From Gammaproteobacteria bacterium (GTDB taxonomy: Bacteria; Pseudomonadota; Gammaproteobacteria; GCA-002705445; GCA-002716945), in assembly GCA_038142325.1 (NCBI GenBank), contig JAYQJW010000007.1:1-64000 (forward strand): DNA of 64,000 bases. The letters run 5' to 3'. Each line of letters begins with the position of its first letter. Positions within the stretch are counted from its first letter, which is position 1. The notes below the pieces were generated by a model that was given only the letters and a program-made list of their open reading frames with translations, was not told where the DNA came from and ran no database searches. Positions 39,055 through 49,614 of the stretch are shown in pieces. Position numbers and translations under genes: made by a program.

Positions 39055-41810
39055 TCTCCATCACCATGCACGTTATCGAAACATCTTTGACAAATAGTTG
39101 GGGCTTTGTCTATTTTTCCAACAGATTCATTCAAGTGCCAGCATCTTTCACATTTTTCATTTGATGATTTTGTAATTCTAATCGAGAGTTTATAGTTATC
39201 ATGATTGAAATCATAATTGTCTGACTCAGCGCCCACCTTAAGATTACATTCAGAAACAACAAACACAAATTTTAGTTCATCTTTTAAGCTTTCCAGTATG
39301 CCGTGTAAAGCTGTGTTACATGTGATATCTAGGCAACATTCCAATGATGAACCTACTGTATTTAGATTCCTTGCTTCTTCAATAAGTTTTGATACATTAG
39401 GCTTGATTTCATACAGACAATCAAAAATATCAATATAATCATCATCAATTTCAATTGGAAATTCATACCAATCTTTATGGTAAATACTCTGTTCACTATT
39501 AGGCATTTTCGAATGAATTTCTTCAGCAGTAAATGTCAATATGGGTGCAATCCATGAATTAATGTATGACATGAGTATATAACATGTCTTTTGTGCTGAT
39601 CTTCTTGGAAGCCCATCTTTTTTAGACGTATACAGTCTATCTTTTATAATATCTAGATAATATCCACCTAAATCAAGTGTACAAAAATTAATGATATCTT
39701 GAGTAATTTTATGAAACTTAAAATTTTCATAGTCTTTTTTAATTTGAATATTTAGCTTTCCAGCTTTATGTATTATCCATTTATCTAGAAGAATCATATC
39801 TTTAACTGATAACGATTCATTTTCAAAATCACTAATGTTTGACAAAAGAAATTTAGATGTATTTCGTATTCTTCTGTATGACTCTGAAACACGTTTAAGT
39901 ATTTCATCAGATATAGTCATTTCTTTTGAATAATCAGTCATAGCTACCCAAAGTCGTAGTATATCTGCGCCCTTATCTTTAATAATTTTTTGTGGGGAAA
40001 TAATATTACCAATAGATTTGGACATTTTTTGACCCTCAGAATCAACAACAAACCCATGCGTTAAAACATTTTTATATGGAGATTTCTTGAACATTGCATG
40101 GGATGTTATGAGAGACGACTGAAACCAACCTCTGTGTTGATCAGAACCCTCAAGATACAAATCTGCTACATTGTTAATTCCCCTCTCTTTAAGAACTGTT
40201 TGATGTGTTACTCCCGAATCAAACCATACATCTAGTGTATCTTTGACTTCTATATATTCATCAATATCTTTGACAATTTTGCTTTTGTCAAAATCAATCC
40301 ATGCCTCTATATTGCCCTCTTTAATAATCTTTGCAGCTTCATCCAAAATTTTATGAGTTTCAGGATGAAGTTCTTTTGTTTTTTTGTTTAAAAATAATGG
40401 TATTGGGACACCCCAGTTTCTTTGTCTAGATAAACACCAATCTGGCCTTCCTTCAATCATGTTATAGATTCTTTCTTCTCCCCAAGAAGGAAGCCAATTA
40501 ACATTTTTTATATCATTTTTTATTGAGTCTCTTAATGAGGATTGATCCATACTCATGAACCATTGAGGAGTAGCTCTGAATATTAAAGGTGTTTTATATC
40601 TCCAGCAATGAGGATATGATTGTTCATAGTTTTCAGAAAACAATAAGCGATTTTTTTCTTCTAAAATATCAATGATCTCATCATTTGATTCTCTGATTTT
40701 CATACCACCAAAAATTGGAAGTTCATCTACAAACTTTCCATAATCATCTACAGGATTATATACTTCTAAGTTGTATTTAAGCCCAGCCAGATAATCATCC
40801 GTGCCATGACCTGGTGCAATGTGTACCGCTCCCGTTCCATTCTCATCTGTAACATGGTTAGCTGTTATTAGAGGTACAGTTATGTTGTAAAAGGGATGTT
40901 TAAGTTCTAGTGAGCTTAAAGCTGTATTATCAACGCTTCCTTCAATAGAATATTTTTTTATTTCAGATTTTTCCATAACAGAATCTACTAAATTCTTAGC
41001 TATGATTAAGTATGACTTCCCTATGTAGACTAATGAGTATTCTATATCACCACCAATCGCGACAGCTCTATTTGCAGGCAATGTCCATGGCGTTGTTGTC
41101 CATATTGGAATATTCACTTTCAAATCATTTTTAAGACCCTTGAAGATTGATTTATCAAGATTGGTTATTTCAAAATTAACACAGACAGCTTTCGAGGTAA
41201 CATCCTTGTACTCAACTTCAGCTTCAGCCAACGCTGAAGATGATTCGATACACCAGTGAACTGGCTTAGATCCAAAATAGATGTGTTTATTTTTAATAAT
41301 TTGTGAGAGACTTCCAACAATTCCTGCTTCAACATCTTTGTCCATACTTGAGTATGAGTTATCCCAATCTCCGAAAATTCCTAGTCTAATGAAATCTATC
41401 TTTTGTTTTTCAATTTGTTTTTTTGCATACTCTCTACAAGCTAATATGAAGGCTTTTGGATCATCCTTAAATTTACCCTTACCATATTTCTTTTCTACTT
41501 GTAACTCTATAGGTAAACCATGACAATCCCATCCTGGAATAAAAGGAGTGCTATATCCAGACATTAATTTAGACTTTATGATGAAGTCTTTTAATATCTT
41601 ATTCACAGCATGTCCAATATGAATATCACCGTTAGCATATGGAGGGCCATCATGTAGAATAAATTCTTGATTACCTTTTTTATTTATCAATGCTTCCTTG
41701 AAAACACAATTATCTTGCCAAAATTTAAGTATTTCAGGTTCCCTGTTAGGCAGGTTTGCCTTCATGGGAAAATCAGTCTTTGGTAGGTTGAGAGTGTCTT
41801 TATATTCCAT
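39036..41810 (-). CDS. ileS: Isoleucine--tRNA ligase
   Basis: HIGH, WTTTPWT, KMSKS and C-terminal zinc finger. Confidence 0.98.
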   Translation of the reverse strand: MEYKDTLNLPKTDFPMKANLPNREPEILKFWQDNCVFKEALINKKGNQEFILHDGPPYANGDIHIGHAVNKILKDFIIKSKLMSGYSTPFIPGWDCHGLPIELQVEKKYGKGKFKDDPKAFILACREYAKKQIEKQKIDFIRLGIFGDWDNSYSSMDKDVEAGIVGSLSQIIKNKHIYFGSKPVHWCIESSSALAEAEVEYKDVTSKAVCVNFEITNLDKSIFKGLKNDLKVNIPIWTTTPWTLPANRAVAIGGDIEYSLVYIGKSYLIIAKNLVDSVMEKSEIKKYSIEGSVDNTALSSLELKHPFYNITVPLITANHVTDENGTGAVHIAPGHGTDDYLAGLKYNLEVYNPVDDYGKFVDELPIFGGMKIRESNDEIIDILEEKNRLLFSENYEQSYPHCWRYKTPLIFRATPQWFMSMDQSSLRDSIKNDIKNVNWLPSWGEERIYNMIEGRPDWCLSRQRNWGVPIPLFLNKKTKELHPETHKILDEAAKIIKEGNIEAWIDFDKSKIVKDIDEYIEVKDTLDVWFDSGVTHQTVLKERGINNVADLYLEGSDQHRGWFQSSLITSHAMFKKSPYKNVLTHGFVVDSEGQKMSKSIGNIISPQKIIKDKGADILRLWVAMTDYSKEMTISDEILKRVSESYRRIRNTSKFLLSNISDFENESLSVKDMILLDKWIIHKAGKLNIQIKKDYENFKFHKITQDIINFCTLDLGGYYLDIIKDRLYTSKKDGLPRRSAQKTCYILMSYINSWIAPILTFTAEEIHSKMPNSEQSIYHKDWYEFPIEIDDDYIDIFDCLYEIKPNVSKLIEEARNLNTVGSSLECCLDITCNTALHGILESLKDELKFVFVVSECNLKVGAESDNYDFNHDNYKLSIRITKSSNEKCERCWHLNESVGKIDKAPTICQRCFDNVHGDGECRTYA

Positions 41811-42717
41811 ATTTTTTGCTTCTGATTATTGCATATTTATAGTCTTCATTCATTTGTTTAATTAATTCATCTTGATTATTAAACTTTATCTGTTTTCTAA
41901 TCTCTTCAAGAAAACAGATTTCTAATTTCTCTCCGTAGATATCTTTATCAAAATCTAAAATAAAAACCTCTAATAATTTTTCAGATCCATTAAAGGTAGG
42001 TTTATCACCTATAGAAGTTAAGCTTAAATAATTTTTTTTATCTAAAATAGTTTTTGTCAGATAAACTCCATCTAGAGGATAATCATGATCAAGAGAAATG
42101 TTAGCAGTAGGATATCCAAGTTTCCTTCCAAGTTTTTCACCAGAAACAACAGTTCCAGAAATCATATATTCTTTACCTAAACACTCATTAGCCGCATTTA
42201 TGTCACCTTCTTGAAGAAAATTTCTAATTCTAGAACTACTTATACTCTCGTTTTTATAGAGGACAGAGTCAGGTATTATCAGTTCAAACGATCTGTCATC
42301 CTGATAGTTTTTTAATAGGTTTGTATCACCAGATCTATTCTTACCAAATCTAAAATTATCACCTATAACTAAAAATTTTAAATTAAGTTGATCAATAAGG
42401 ATATCTTCACAAAAACGCTCTGCATCAACATTCATTATTTCATTAAAATCAATTGATAGCATAGTATCAATCTCATATGATTTAAAAAAACTTTCCTTGT
42501 TTTCATTATTGTATAGGCGGTGAAAATCTTTAGGATTAAATATTTCTCTTGGGAACTTATCAAATGTAAATATTAAAGATTCAAGATTATTTTCTCTCGC
42601 TATCTTTCTTGTCTGATTAAGTAACTCTTGATGGCCTTTATGAACACCATCAAAATTTCCTATTGTTATAGCTTTGGGTGTTGATGAGATATCATTGATA
42701 TTTTTTACTATTTTCAT
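41800..42717 (-). CDS. ribF: Riboflavin kinase/FAD synthetase
   Basis: IGNFDGVHKGH, ISSSRIR and GRKLGYPTAN. Confidence 0.96.
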   Translation of the reverse strand: MKIVKNINDISSTPKAITIGNFDGVHKGHQELLNQTRKIARENNLESLIFTFDKFPREIFNPKDFHRLYNNENKESFFKSYEIDTMLSIDFNEIMNVDAERFCEDILIDQLNLKFLVIGDNFRFGKNRSGDTNLLKNYQDDRSFELIIPDSVLYKNESISSSRIRNFLQEGDINAANECLGKEYMISGTVVSGEKLGRKLGYPTANISLDHDYPLDGVYLTKTILDKKNYLSLTSIGDKPTFNGSEKLLEVFILDFDKDIYGEKLEICFLEEIRKQIKFNNQDELIKQMNEDYKYAIIRSKKYGI

Positions 42718-44285
42718 ATTCTATAATTTTTTAATTTTATTCCCGATAATTTCAAGAAAGAATAGTAGATTAATGCACCAGATATAATATACATAATCAA
42801 GTAACTTGCTCTCATTAGCGCTGACAAATCTTGGTCAAAGAGAGATGCTTCAAAAAAGTAATACAAAATAAAACTCATTACTGAGGAACTTAAGATAATT
42901 TTTAGTGAAGCTTTGTTTATGAATATCTGATTCTTAATTATATTTTGTTGTCTAAGTTTCAAACTCATTAATATAACTTGAACCCATGCTGATAGTGATG
43001 TTGCAAGTGCAATGAATGCATGTGCGCCCTCGAATGGATGATTTAGATATACAAATAAAACGCTAACATTAGCTAAGATATTTATTGATATACCTACTAG
43101 CGAGTAAAGGACTGGCGTTTTAGTATCTTGTCTTGAGAAAAATGCAGTGACGAGAATTTTCATAAAAATAAATGCTGGTAGTCCTAAACTATAGGCAACT
43201 AAACTTAATGCAGTCATTCTTGCGTCAAAAATGTCGAAGCTTCCATACATAAATAAAGCGGATGTAATTGAACTAGATAGAATAATTAAGCCTGCCATTG
43301 AGGGGATTGCTATCAAAAATGCAAGCTTGATAGATTTTTCGATTGTAGATGAGTATTCATCAATATTGTTTTTTTGAAAATAGTTTGAAAGAACTGGAAG
43401 TATAACTATAGATATAGCAATTCCAAAAACTGCTAAGGGTAACTCAATTAAACGATCCGAGAAATACAGCCAACTTATACTACCAGTCACAAGCATTGAT
43501 GCAATTATTGTATCTATCAATAAATTTATCTGTACAGCTGCAGTTCCTATAATTGCCGGACCCATAAGCTTTATAACTTTCACAGAACCATGATTATAAA
43601 AATTGATTTTTGGTATTTTTAAAAAACCTAACTTATACATTAATGGTAATTGAATGAGTAGCTGAACTATACCTGCAACAAATACTCCATATGCAAGTGA
43701 TAGTATAGGAATAACAAACAAGGTTGTTGAAAAAATTGTGAACACTATTAAGCTTAGATTCAAAAAAACAGGTGTAATACCTGACAATATAAACCTGTTA
43801 TAGCTATTGAAGATTCCTGAACACATTGCTGTTAAAGATATCAATAGTAAATATGGAAATGTTATAAATAACATATCGGATGCTAAATCCGATTTTCCTT
43901 CATTATCAACAAAACCAGGTGCAAATAAGTAAATTAATTCTTGAGAAAAGTACATACCAAGACCAGTTATAATGAACAATACAAAGAAAAGATTGCCAAA
44001 TATATTTTGAATAAATTCACTTATCTCATGAGGTTTTTTAACTTTGTATTCTTGTAATACTGGAACAAATGCTTGAGTGAATGAACCCTCAGCAAATAAT
44101 CTTCTAAAAAAATTTGGTATTTTGAATGCAACAAAAAAAGCATCGGTATTGGTGCTAGCTCCAAAGTAATTTGCAAATAAGACATCTCTGAAAAACCCAG
44201 TAATTCTTGAAATAAGGGTAGTTAGTCCGAAATGACTTGAGGACTTAATAACAGTATTTGTTTTCTTTGCTGATTCTTCCGTCAT
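42714..44285 (-). CDS. murJ: Lipid II flippase MurJ
   Basis: SRITGFFRD, IPNFFRRLFAEG and DRLIELP. Confidence 0.96.
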   Translation of the reverse strand: MTEESAKKTNTVIKSSSHFGLTTLISRITGFFRDVLFANYFGASTNTDAFFVAFKIPNFFRRLFAEGSFTQAFVPVLQEYKVKKPHEISEFIQNIFGNLFFVLFIITGLGMYFSQELIYLFAPGFVDNEGKSDLASDMLFITFPYLLLISLTAMCSGIFNSYNRFILSGITPVFLNLSLIVFTIFSTTLFVIPILSLAYGVFVAGIVQLLIQLPLMYKLGFLKIPKINFYNHGSVKVIKLMGPAIIGTAAVQINLLIDTIIASMLVTGSISWLYFSDRLIELPLAVFGIAISIVILPVLSNYFQKNNIDEYSSTIEKSIKLAFLIAIPSMAGLIILSSSITSALFMYGSFDIFDARMTALSLVAYSLGLPAFIFMKILVTAFFSRQDTKTPVLYSLVGISINILANVSVLFVYLNHPFEGAHAFIALATSLSAWVQVILMSLKLRQQNIIKNQIFINKASLKIILSSSVMSFILYYFFEASLFDQDLSALMRASYLIMYIISGALIYYSFLKLSGIKLKNYRI

Positions 44286-44299
44286 AAGTGCTTATTTTA

Positions 44300-44328
44300 T
44301 TGACACTAGTCTACTAGACTGAGATAAT
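44300..44328 (+). promoter_or_regulatory. Sigma70 promoter of rpsT
   Basis: TTGACA-17-GATAAT with extended TG. Confidence 0.6.
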
Positions 44329-44364
44329 CTTGTTTTATTTTACCTATTATTGGAGACAAATACA

Positions 44365-44625
44365 TTGGCAAATACTGCACAAGCTAGAAAAAGAGTTAGA
44401 CAGGCAATTAAGGCAAGATCTGCTAATGCGGCGAAGAAGTCTGAATTTAGAACAAGTATCAAAAACGTCCTTAAATCAATATCCGACAAAAATGCTGAAC
44501 AATCAAAAAAAGATTTTATAAAAGCTGTATCGTGTATAGATAAGCTTGCAGCTAAAGGCATTATTCATAAAAATAAAGCTGCACGTCACAAATCAAGACT
44601 TAATAGTAAGATTAAGTCTCTATAA
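44365..44625 (+). CDS. rpsT: 30S ribosomal protein S20
   Basis: TTG start after GGAG; ANTAQARKRVRQ and KGIIHKNKAARHKSRL. Confidence 0.95.
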   Translation: MANTAQARKRVRQAIKARSANAAKKSEFRTSIKNVLKSISDKNAEQSKKDFIKAVSCIDKLAAKGIIHKNKAARHKSRLNSKIKSL

Positions 44626-45714
44626 CAATTAAACTATCTGCATGAATTAGTTCTTTATTGAATTCGTCTGAGTGTTTTGCCTCAATCTCATTCATAGATT
44701 TTCCCTTCATCTCTAATACTTCATTTGATGAATAATTAGTTATCCCTTTTGCAATACATGATAGATTTTTATTCTTACACTGAATAACATCACCTTTTTG
44801 AAAAGCTCCTTCAATATCACAGACACCTACAAATAAAAGACTTTTATTATTAAGTAATGCTTTGCATGCACCATCATCTATAATAACGGATCCTCTATTA
44901 TCCGTTGTATCAAGCCATTGTTTCTTCGCACTAACTCTTTTTTTATTGGGAATAAATAAAGTTCCAATGTGACTATCTTCAAAAACATTTTCTAAAACAT
45001 TTGTCTCAAAGCCACTAGCAATTAATGTATATGTATTCGATAATGCTGCTCTTTTCACAGCTTGTATTTTAGTTGCAAAACCTCCTGTACCAATGTTACT
45101 CGCCGTCCCAAAATCAGAATCTAGTGTATTCAAATCATCAACATTAATTGTATGAATAAGTTCTGCATTTTCATAATGATCTGGGTTTTTATCATACATG
45201 CCTTTCTGATCTGTAAGAATTATTAATAAGTCTGCATCAACTAGATTAGATATCATCGATGCTAGATTATCATTATCACCTAGCTTAATTTCTTCTGTAG
45301 AGACTACGTCATTTTCATTAATGATAGGGATAATATTATTTGAAAGCAGTTCTTCTAAAGTGCCTTTAATATTCAAGTATCTAACCCTATCGTTTATATC
45401 ACCGTGTGTAATGAGAACTTGTGCTGGTATAAGATTATGTTCAGTAAATATTTTTTCATATTTAAACATTAACTTTTGTTGTCCTATAGCAGCTAACGAC
45501 TGAAGTTTTTTTATATCCTTTGGCCTATCCTGGATATTCATCTGTCTCATTCCTTGAGAAATAGCCCCTGAAGTAACTAAAATAATTTCTTTTTCTCAGA
45601 CATAAGGTTACTAATGTCTTTGCATATTTCTTTCAAAACTAAACTATCAGCATCCATAATAGAGCTTCCAATCTTTACAATAATTCTTTTGGATTCACTT
45701 AGTTTTATTTTCAT
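44612..45714 (-). CDS. proB: Glutamate 5-kinase; frameshift near 45595
   Basis: RIIVKIGSS, LVTSGAI, INENDVV, GDNDNLA and PUA domain; follows obgE. Confidence 0.92.
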
Positions 45715-46705
45715 ATTTCAAAAACTCATAAATTTGATTGGTCAAATCTTTTACTCCAATTTTACTGATAGATGAAATAAAAAATACTTTAAATTTATTT
45801 TTTACAAACACATCTCGTAAATCATCTAGTTCTTGTGGAGTCAATAAATCTATTTTATTCATCACTATCCACAACTCTTTTTTTACTAATTCTGAATCAT
45901 ATGATTTTAATTCATGATTTATCTGTTTTATTTCTCGAATTATATCCTCATGACCTTTATTTGAGCAATCTATTAAATTTAATAACATTTTTGTTCGGCT
46001 AATATGCTTTAGAAATCTTGTTCCTAACCCAACGCCTTTTGATGCGCCTTCTATTATTCCAGGTATATCAGCCACCACGAACTTTTCATAGTCTGAGTAT
46101 AAAACAACACCTAAATTTGGTGTTAGCGTAGTAAATTCATAGTCAGCAACCTTTGGTTTTGCCATACTTATAGCTCTTAAAAAGGAACTTTTTCCGGCAT
46201 TTGGTAATCCTACTAATCCGACATCAGCTAAAACTTTTAATACAATTTTAATATCCTTTGATTCACCTTCTTTGCCATTAGTTTTCTTTCTTGGAGCCCT
46301 GTTAGTAGATGTCTTAAAACGAACATTACCATAACCATGCTCTCCGCCTTTTACCAGTACGATTGATTTATCTTCACTATCGAGATCGTATAATTCCTCA
46401 TCAGTTTCTAGATCATAGATAACACATCCTATAGGAAGATTAATTACTAAATCATCACCTTTTCTGCCATGTTTATTTTTACCAGAACCTGGTTTTCCAT
46501 TTTCAGCTTTGAAAAGACTCTTATTTTTGAAATCTGCTAAAGTGTTGAGACTATCAGTTGCTTTGACAATTATTGAACCACCATCACCACCATCACCACC
46601 ATCTGGTCCTCCAAATGGGATGTATTTTTCTCTTCTAAAGCTCAAACATCCCGACCCACCATTACCGGCTTTAACTGTGATCACAGTTTCATCAATGAAT
46701 TTCAT
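45695..46705 (-). CDS. obgE: GTPase ObgE
   Basis: GGPDGGDGG, GLPNAGKS, FTTL, DIPG and NKID. Confidence 0.97.
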   Translation of the reverse strand: MKFIDETVITVKAGNGGSGCLSFRREKYIPFGGPDGGDGGDGGSIIVKATDSLNTLADFKNKSLFKAENGKPGSGKNKHGRKGDDLVINLPIGCVIYDLETDEELYDLDSEDKSIVLVKGGEHGYGNVRFKTSTNRAPRKKTNGKEGESKDIKIVLKVLADVGLVGLPNAGKSSFLRAISMAKPKVADYEFTTLTPNLGVVLYSDYEKFVVADIPGIIEGASKGVGLGTRFLKHISRTKMLLNLIDCSNKGHEDIIREIKQINHELKSYDSELVKKELWIVMNKIDLLTPQELDDLRDVFVKNKFKVFFISSISKIGVKDLTNQIYEFLKYENKTK

Positions 46706-46723
46706 GATTATTAAGAGTTTGAG

Positions 46724-46987
46724 TTAGTGTTTGGTTGGAAGAACACTAACGTATTTGTGCTTGTTAGGCCCTTTTTTATGAAAATGAACGTAACCATCAC
46801 TGGTTGCAAATAGGGTGTGATCTCTTCCACAACCTACATTATCGCCAGCTTTTACAGGTGTACCTCTTTGTCTAAGTATTATATTGCCAGCATGAACGAA
46901 TTCACTACCATATTTTTTTACGCCTAGCCTCTTAGACTCAGAATCTCTTCCGTTTTTTGTACTTCCACCTGCTTTCTTATGTGCCAT
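46724..46987 (-). CDS. rpmA: 50S ribosomal protein L27
   Basis: [16 protein letters not shown]. Confidence 0.98.
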   Translation of the reverse strand: MAHKKAGGSTKNGRDSESKRLGVKKYGSEFVHAGNIILRQRGTPVKAGDNVGCGRDHTLFATSDGYVHFHKKGPNKHKYVSVLPTKH

Positions 46988-46988
46988 T

Positions 46989-47297
46989 TTACTTAATCGA
47001 CTCTATTTTAATTTCTGAGAAACCTTGTCTATGACCTTGTGTTCTCATGTAGTGTTTCCTTCTTTTAAATTTTACTATTCTTACTTTTGGATATCTACCA
47101 TGTTTTTGAACAGTTGCTTCAATTTTGACTGAAGATAGGGCTTTTTTATCTAGCAATGAATCTTTGTCATCAAATGCCATAAGGATATTTTGCAATTTTA
47201 TCTTTGAACCCTCTGGTTCAGACAGCTGATCAACTCTGATTATATCACCTACAGAGATATTGTATTGATGTCCACCTTGTTTGATAATTGCATTCAT
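46989..47297 (-). CDS. rplU: 50S ribosomal protein L21
   Basis: GGHQY and KFKRRKHY...GHRQ. Confidence 0.96.
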   Translation of the reverse strand: MNAIIKQGGHQYNISVGDIIRVDQLSEPEGSKIKLQNILMAFDDKDSLLDKKALSSVKIEATVQKHGRYPKVRIVKFKRRKHYMRTQGHRQGFSEIKIESIK

Positions 47298-47393
47298 AAC
47301 CTGATAAGTCGTGTGATTTTACCCTGATTTTTTGAAATAATAAACCACTTTATCCCTATTTTGCTGACCTAAATATGATATATTTTTCTGACC

Positions 47394-48353
47394 ATGACGG
47401 ACTTATCTGAAATTAATCAAAAACTTTCTCAGGAAATCGCAGATCTTAATACTTTTCTAAAAAAAGCCACATCCACAGATGTCTCTTTAATCAATACCCT
47501 TTCAAGCCATATGATTGATAGCGGAGGCAAGAGAATCAGACCAATTATCCTCTTTCTCATCTCAAAAATTATGAACAATAAGTCTAACATGATTGAGTCT
47601 GCTGCAATTATCGAACTAATACATGCAGCAACTTTGTTACATGATGACGTTGTAGATCAGTCAGATTTAAGACACAACATCAATACTGCAAATAAATTAT
47701 ATGGTAACGACAGTGCAGTTTTAGTTGGAGATTTCCTATACTCAAGAGCATTTGAATTAATCGTGGCTATAAATCGGGATCGTGTTTATAAAATTCTTGC
47801 AGAAACTACAAACAAAATTTCGCAGGGAGAAGTTTTACAACTAATGTTTAAAAGAAAGATTATTGAATCAGAAGAAAAATACATAGATATTACTTATCTT
47901 AAAACAGGAAAATTGTTTGAGGCATCAGCTTTGGTAGCTGCAGATATCGCTGATTGCTCAGATGATGATTGGCCGAGAGAATTTGGAAAAAATTTCGGCA
48001 TAGCATATCAGCTTAGAAATGATTATTTAGATTATTTTGGTGATGATGAGCAGACAGGGAAAAATATTGCTGAAGATTTATCTGAGGGAAAGTCAACCTT
48101 ACCACTAATTCACAGCTACCTAAATTCAAACAGAGAAGATCAAAAAACTATATTAGATATATTTGAAAATCAAGTTGTGAACGAGGCAGAAAGGTTATGC
48201 CAGATATTTAAAAAATATAAATCTGATTCTTATACCCTCAAACAGATAAATAAATATTCCTCTAAAGCTATACAAGCTATTGAGCCAATAGACGATAAGT
48301 ACAAACAAGCGCTATTTGATTTGACGACGTACTGTTCAACAAGATCTAGGTAG
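47394..48353 (+). CDS. ispB: Polyprenyl (octaprenyl) diphosphate synthase
   Basis: GGKRIRP, LLHDDVVD, NDYLD and DLSEGK; divergent from rplU. Confidence 0.9.
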   Translation: MTDLSEINQKLSQEIADLNTFLKKATSTDVSLINTLSSHMIDSGGKRIRPIILFLISKIMNNKSNMIESAAIIELIHAATLLHDDVVDQSDLRHNINTANKLYGNDSAVLVGDFLYSRAFELIVAINRDRVYKILAETTNKISQGEVLQLMFKRKIIESEEKYIDITYLKTGKLFEASALVAADIADCSDDDWPREFGKNFGIAYQLRNDYLDYFGDDEQTGKNIAEDLSEGKSTLPLIHSYLNSNREDQKTILDIFENQVVNEAERLCQIFKKYKSDSYTLKQINKYSSKAIQAIEPIDDKYKQALFDLTTYCSTRSR

Positions 48354-49446
48354 ACGGAAAAGGATATTTGCCTTTGACTATCTCGGTAAGAGTTTTGCCA
48401 GTTGAATAACCATCCATAAATTTTTTGCCGAAAAACAACTTCAGCATCCAGTAACTCATTCTTTGTTTTTTATACAATATCTTGGAGCCACGATTATACA
48501 AAGCTAGCTCCTTTTTCATACCGTCTAAAAATTTATTATATTTACTATAAACATCATCAGGACTCTGTGCATCTTTAATTGCATTAGCTATATACTTTCC
48601 AGAAATCACTGCATTGTAAATACCTTCGCCTAAAAGTGTCTCGGCTAAACCTGCAGCGTCTCCTATAAGGTACATTCTTTTAGATTTAGGTTCATAGTTT
48701 TTTCCTTCAGTTCCTATGGGAAAACCAGTAATATGATCTATTTTTTCTGTCCCAAGTTGTTCTTTAACAAAAGTATAGAGATCACTTTTTTTTGGTTTAG
48801 GATAAGATTTATCAAAAACAAGATTACCGATGCCAACATTATAGTGATCTTTTTTCGGAAAAATCCAGCTGTAACCAAGCTTATTAAATACAAATTTTGT
48901 GGGTATGTTTTCATCACAGTTTTTTTTGTCAACCAATCCTTCGAAAGCAAAAACAGGATTATCAAATTTCAGATCTGTGATTAGTCTTCGAATAGTGCTA
49001 TTGGCACCATCAGCACCTATTAAATATTTAGACTTGATAATTGAACAATCTGTTTTAATTGTGATTTCATCTTTATCCTCGTATATGTCTACAACTTTTG
49101 AATTCAAAAAATCTACACCTTTTTGTTTAACATAACTAAAAAAGTAATTATCGAAATCTTCTCTAACTACCATTTTACAAGCACCTAATTCATTGTTTAA
49201 ATCAACTGTTTTACCATTTGTAAATTGAAAGAGCATTTTTTTCGAGTTGTGCTGACTTAGATGTCCTACATCAAATGGCAGTTCAGATAATGTTTTAGGT
49301 GTTAGTCCACCTGCACATGATTTATGTCGTGGAAACTTACTCTTATCAATCAATAATACTTTCATGCCAGCATCAAGGAGTATATTTGCTGCCATACAGC
49401 CTGAAGGGCCAGCTCCAACAATTGCTATATCTGTGTTTATGTCCAT
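48346..49446 (-). CDS. Geranylgeranyl reductase family FAD oxidoreductase
   Basis: GAGPSG, FPRHKSCAGG, GADGANS, GYSWIFPK and GDAAG...GEGIY. Confidence 0.85.
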   Translation of the reverse strand: MDINTDIAIVGAGPSGCMAANILLDAGMKVLLIDKSKFPRHKSCAGGLTPKTLSELPFDVGHLSQHNSKKMLFQFTNGKTVDLNNELGACKMVVREDFDNYFFSYVKQKGVDFLNSKVVDIYEDKDEITIKTDCSIIKSKYLIGADGANSTIRRLITDLKFDNPVFAFEGLVDKKNCDENIPTKFVFNKLGYSWIFPKKDHYNVGIGNLVFDKSYPKPKKSDLYTFVKEQLGTEKIDHITGFPIGTEGKNYEPKSKRMYLIGDAAGLAETLLGEGIYNAVISGKYIANAIKDAQSPDDVYSKYNKFLDGMKKELALYNRGSKILYKKQRMSYWMLKLFFGKKFMDGYSTGKTLTEIVKGKYPFPST

Positions 49447-49459
49447 ATTTAGTGCTTTA

Positions 49460-49476
49460 TGCCTCTTTTAGATGCA
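49460..49476. promoter_or_regulatory. Putative NtrC-binding site
   Basis: TGCCTCTTTTAGATGCA (TGC-N11-GCA), about 95 bp upstream of the sigma54 promoter. Confidence 0.5.
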
Positions 49477-49569
49477 CTTTTTAGGTTGAGCGCATATTAA
49501 TAAGTCTAAAAATAATTCAGAAAAACTATTATTACAATTAATTTCTAGTAATTCTATTTCGCACTAGTT

Positions 49570-49585
49570 TGGCACAGTTATTGCA
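49570..49585 (+). promoter_or_regulatory. Sigma54 (-24/-12) promoter of amtB
   Basis: TGGCAC-AGTTA-TTGCA, matching the consensus. Confidence 0.85.
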
Positions 49586-49614
49586 CTAAATTATGCATTG
49601 AATGAGGAAATATT

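Noticed and set aside
44308-44320. AGTCTA-C-TAGACT palindrome, resembling sequence at 18606 and 23165, as a repeat family
   Set aside because: The match is only 6-7 bp and the contexts differ (promoter spacer, hairpin, -35), so chance is sufficient.
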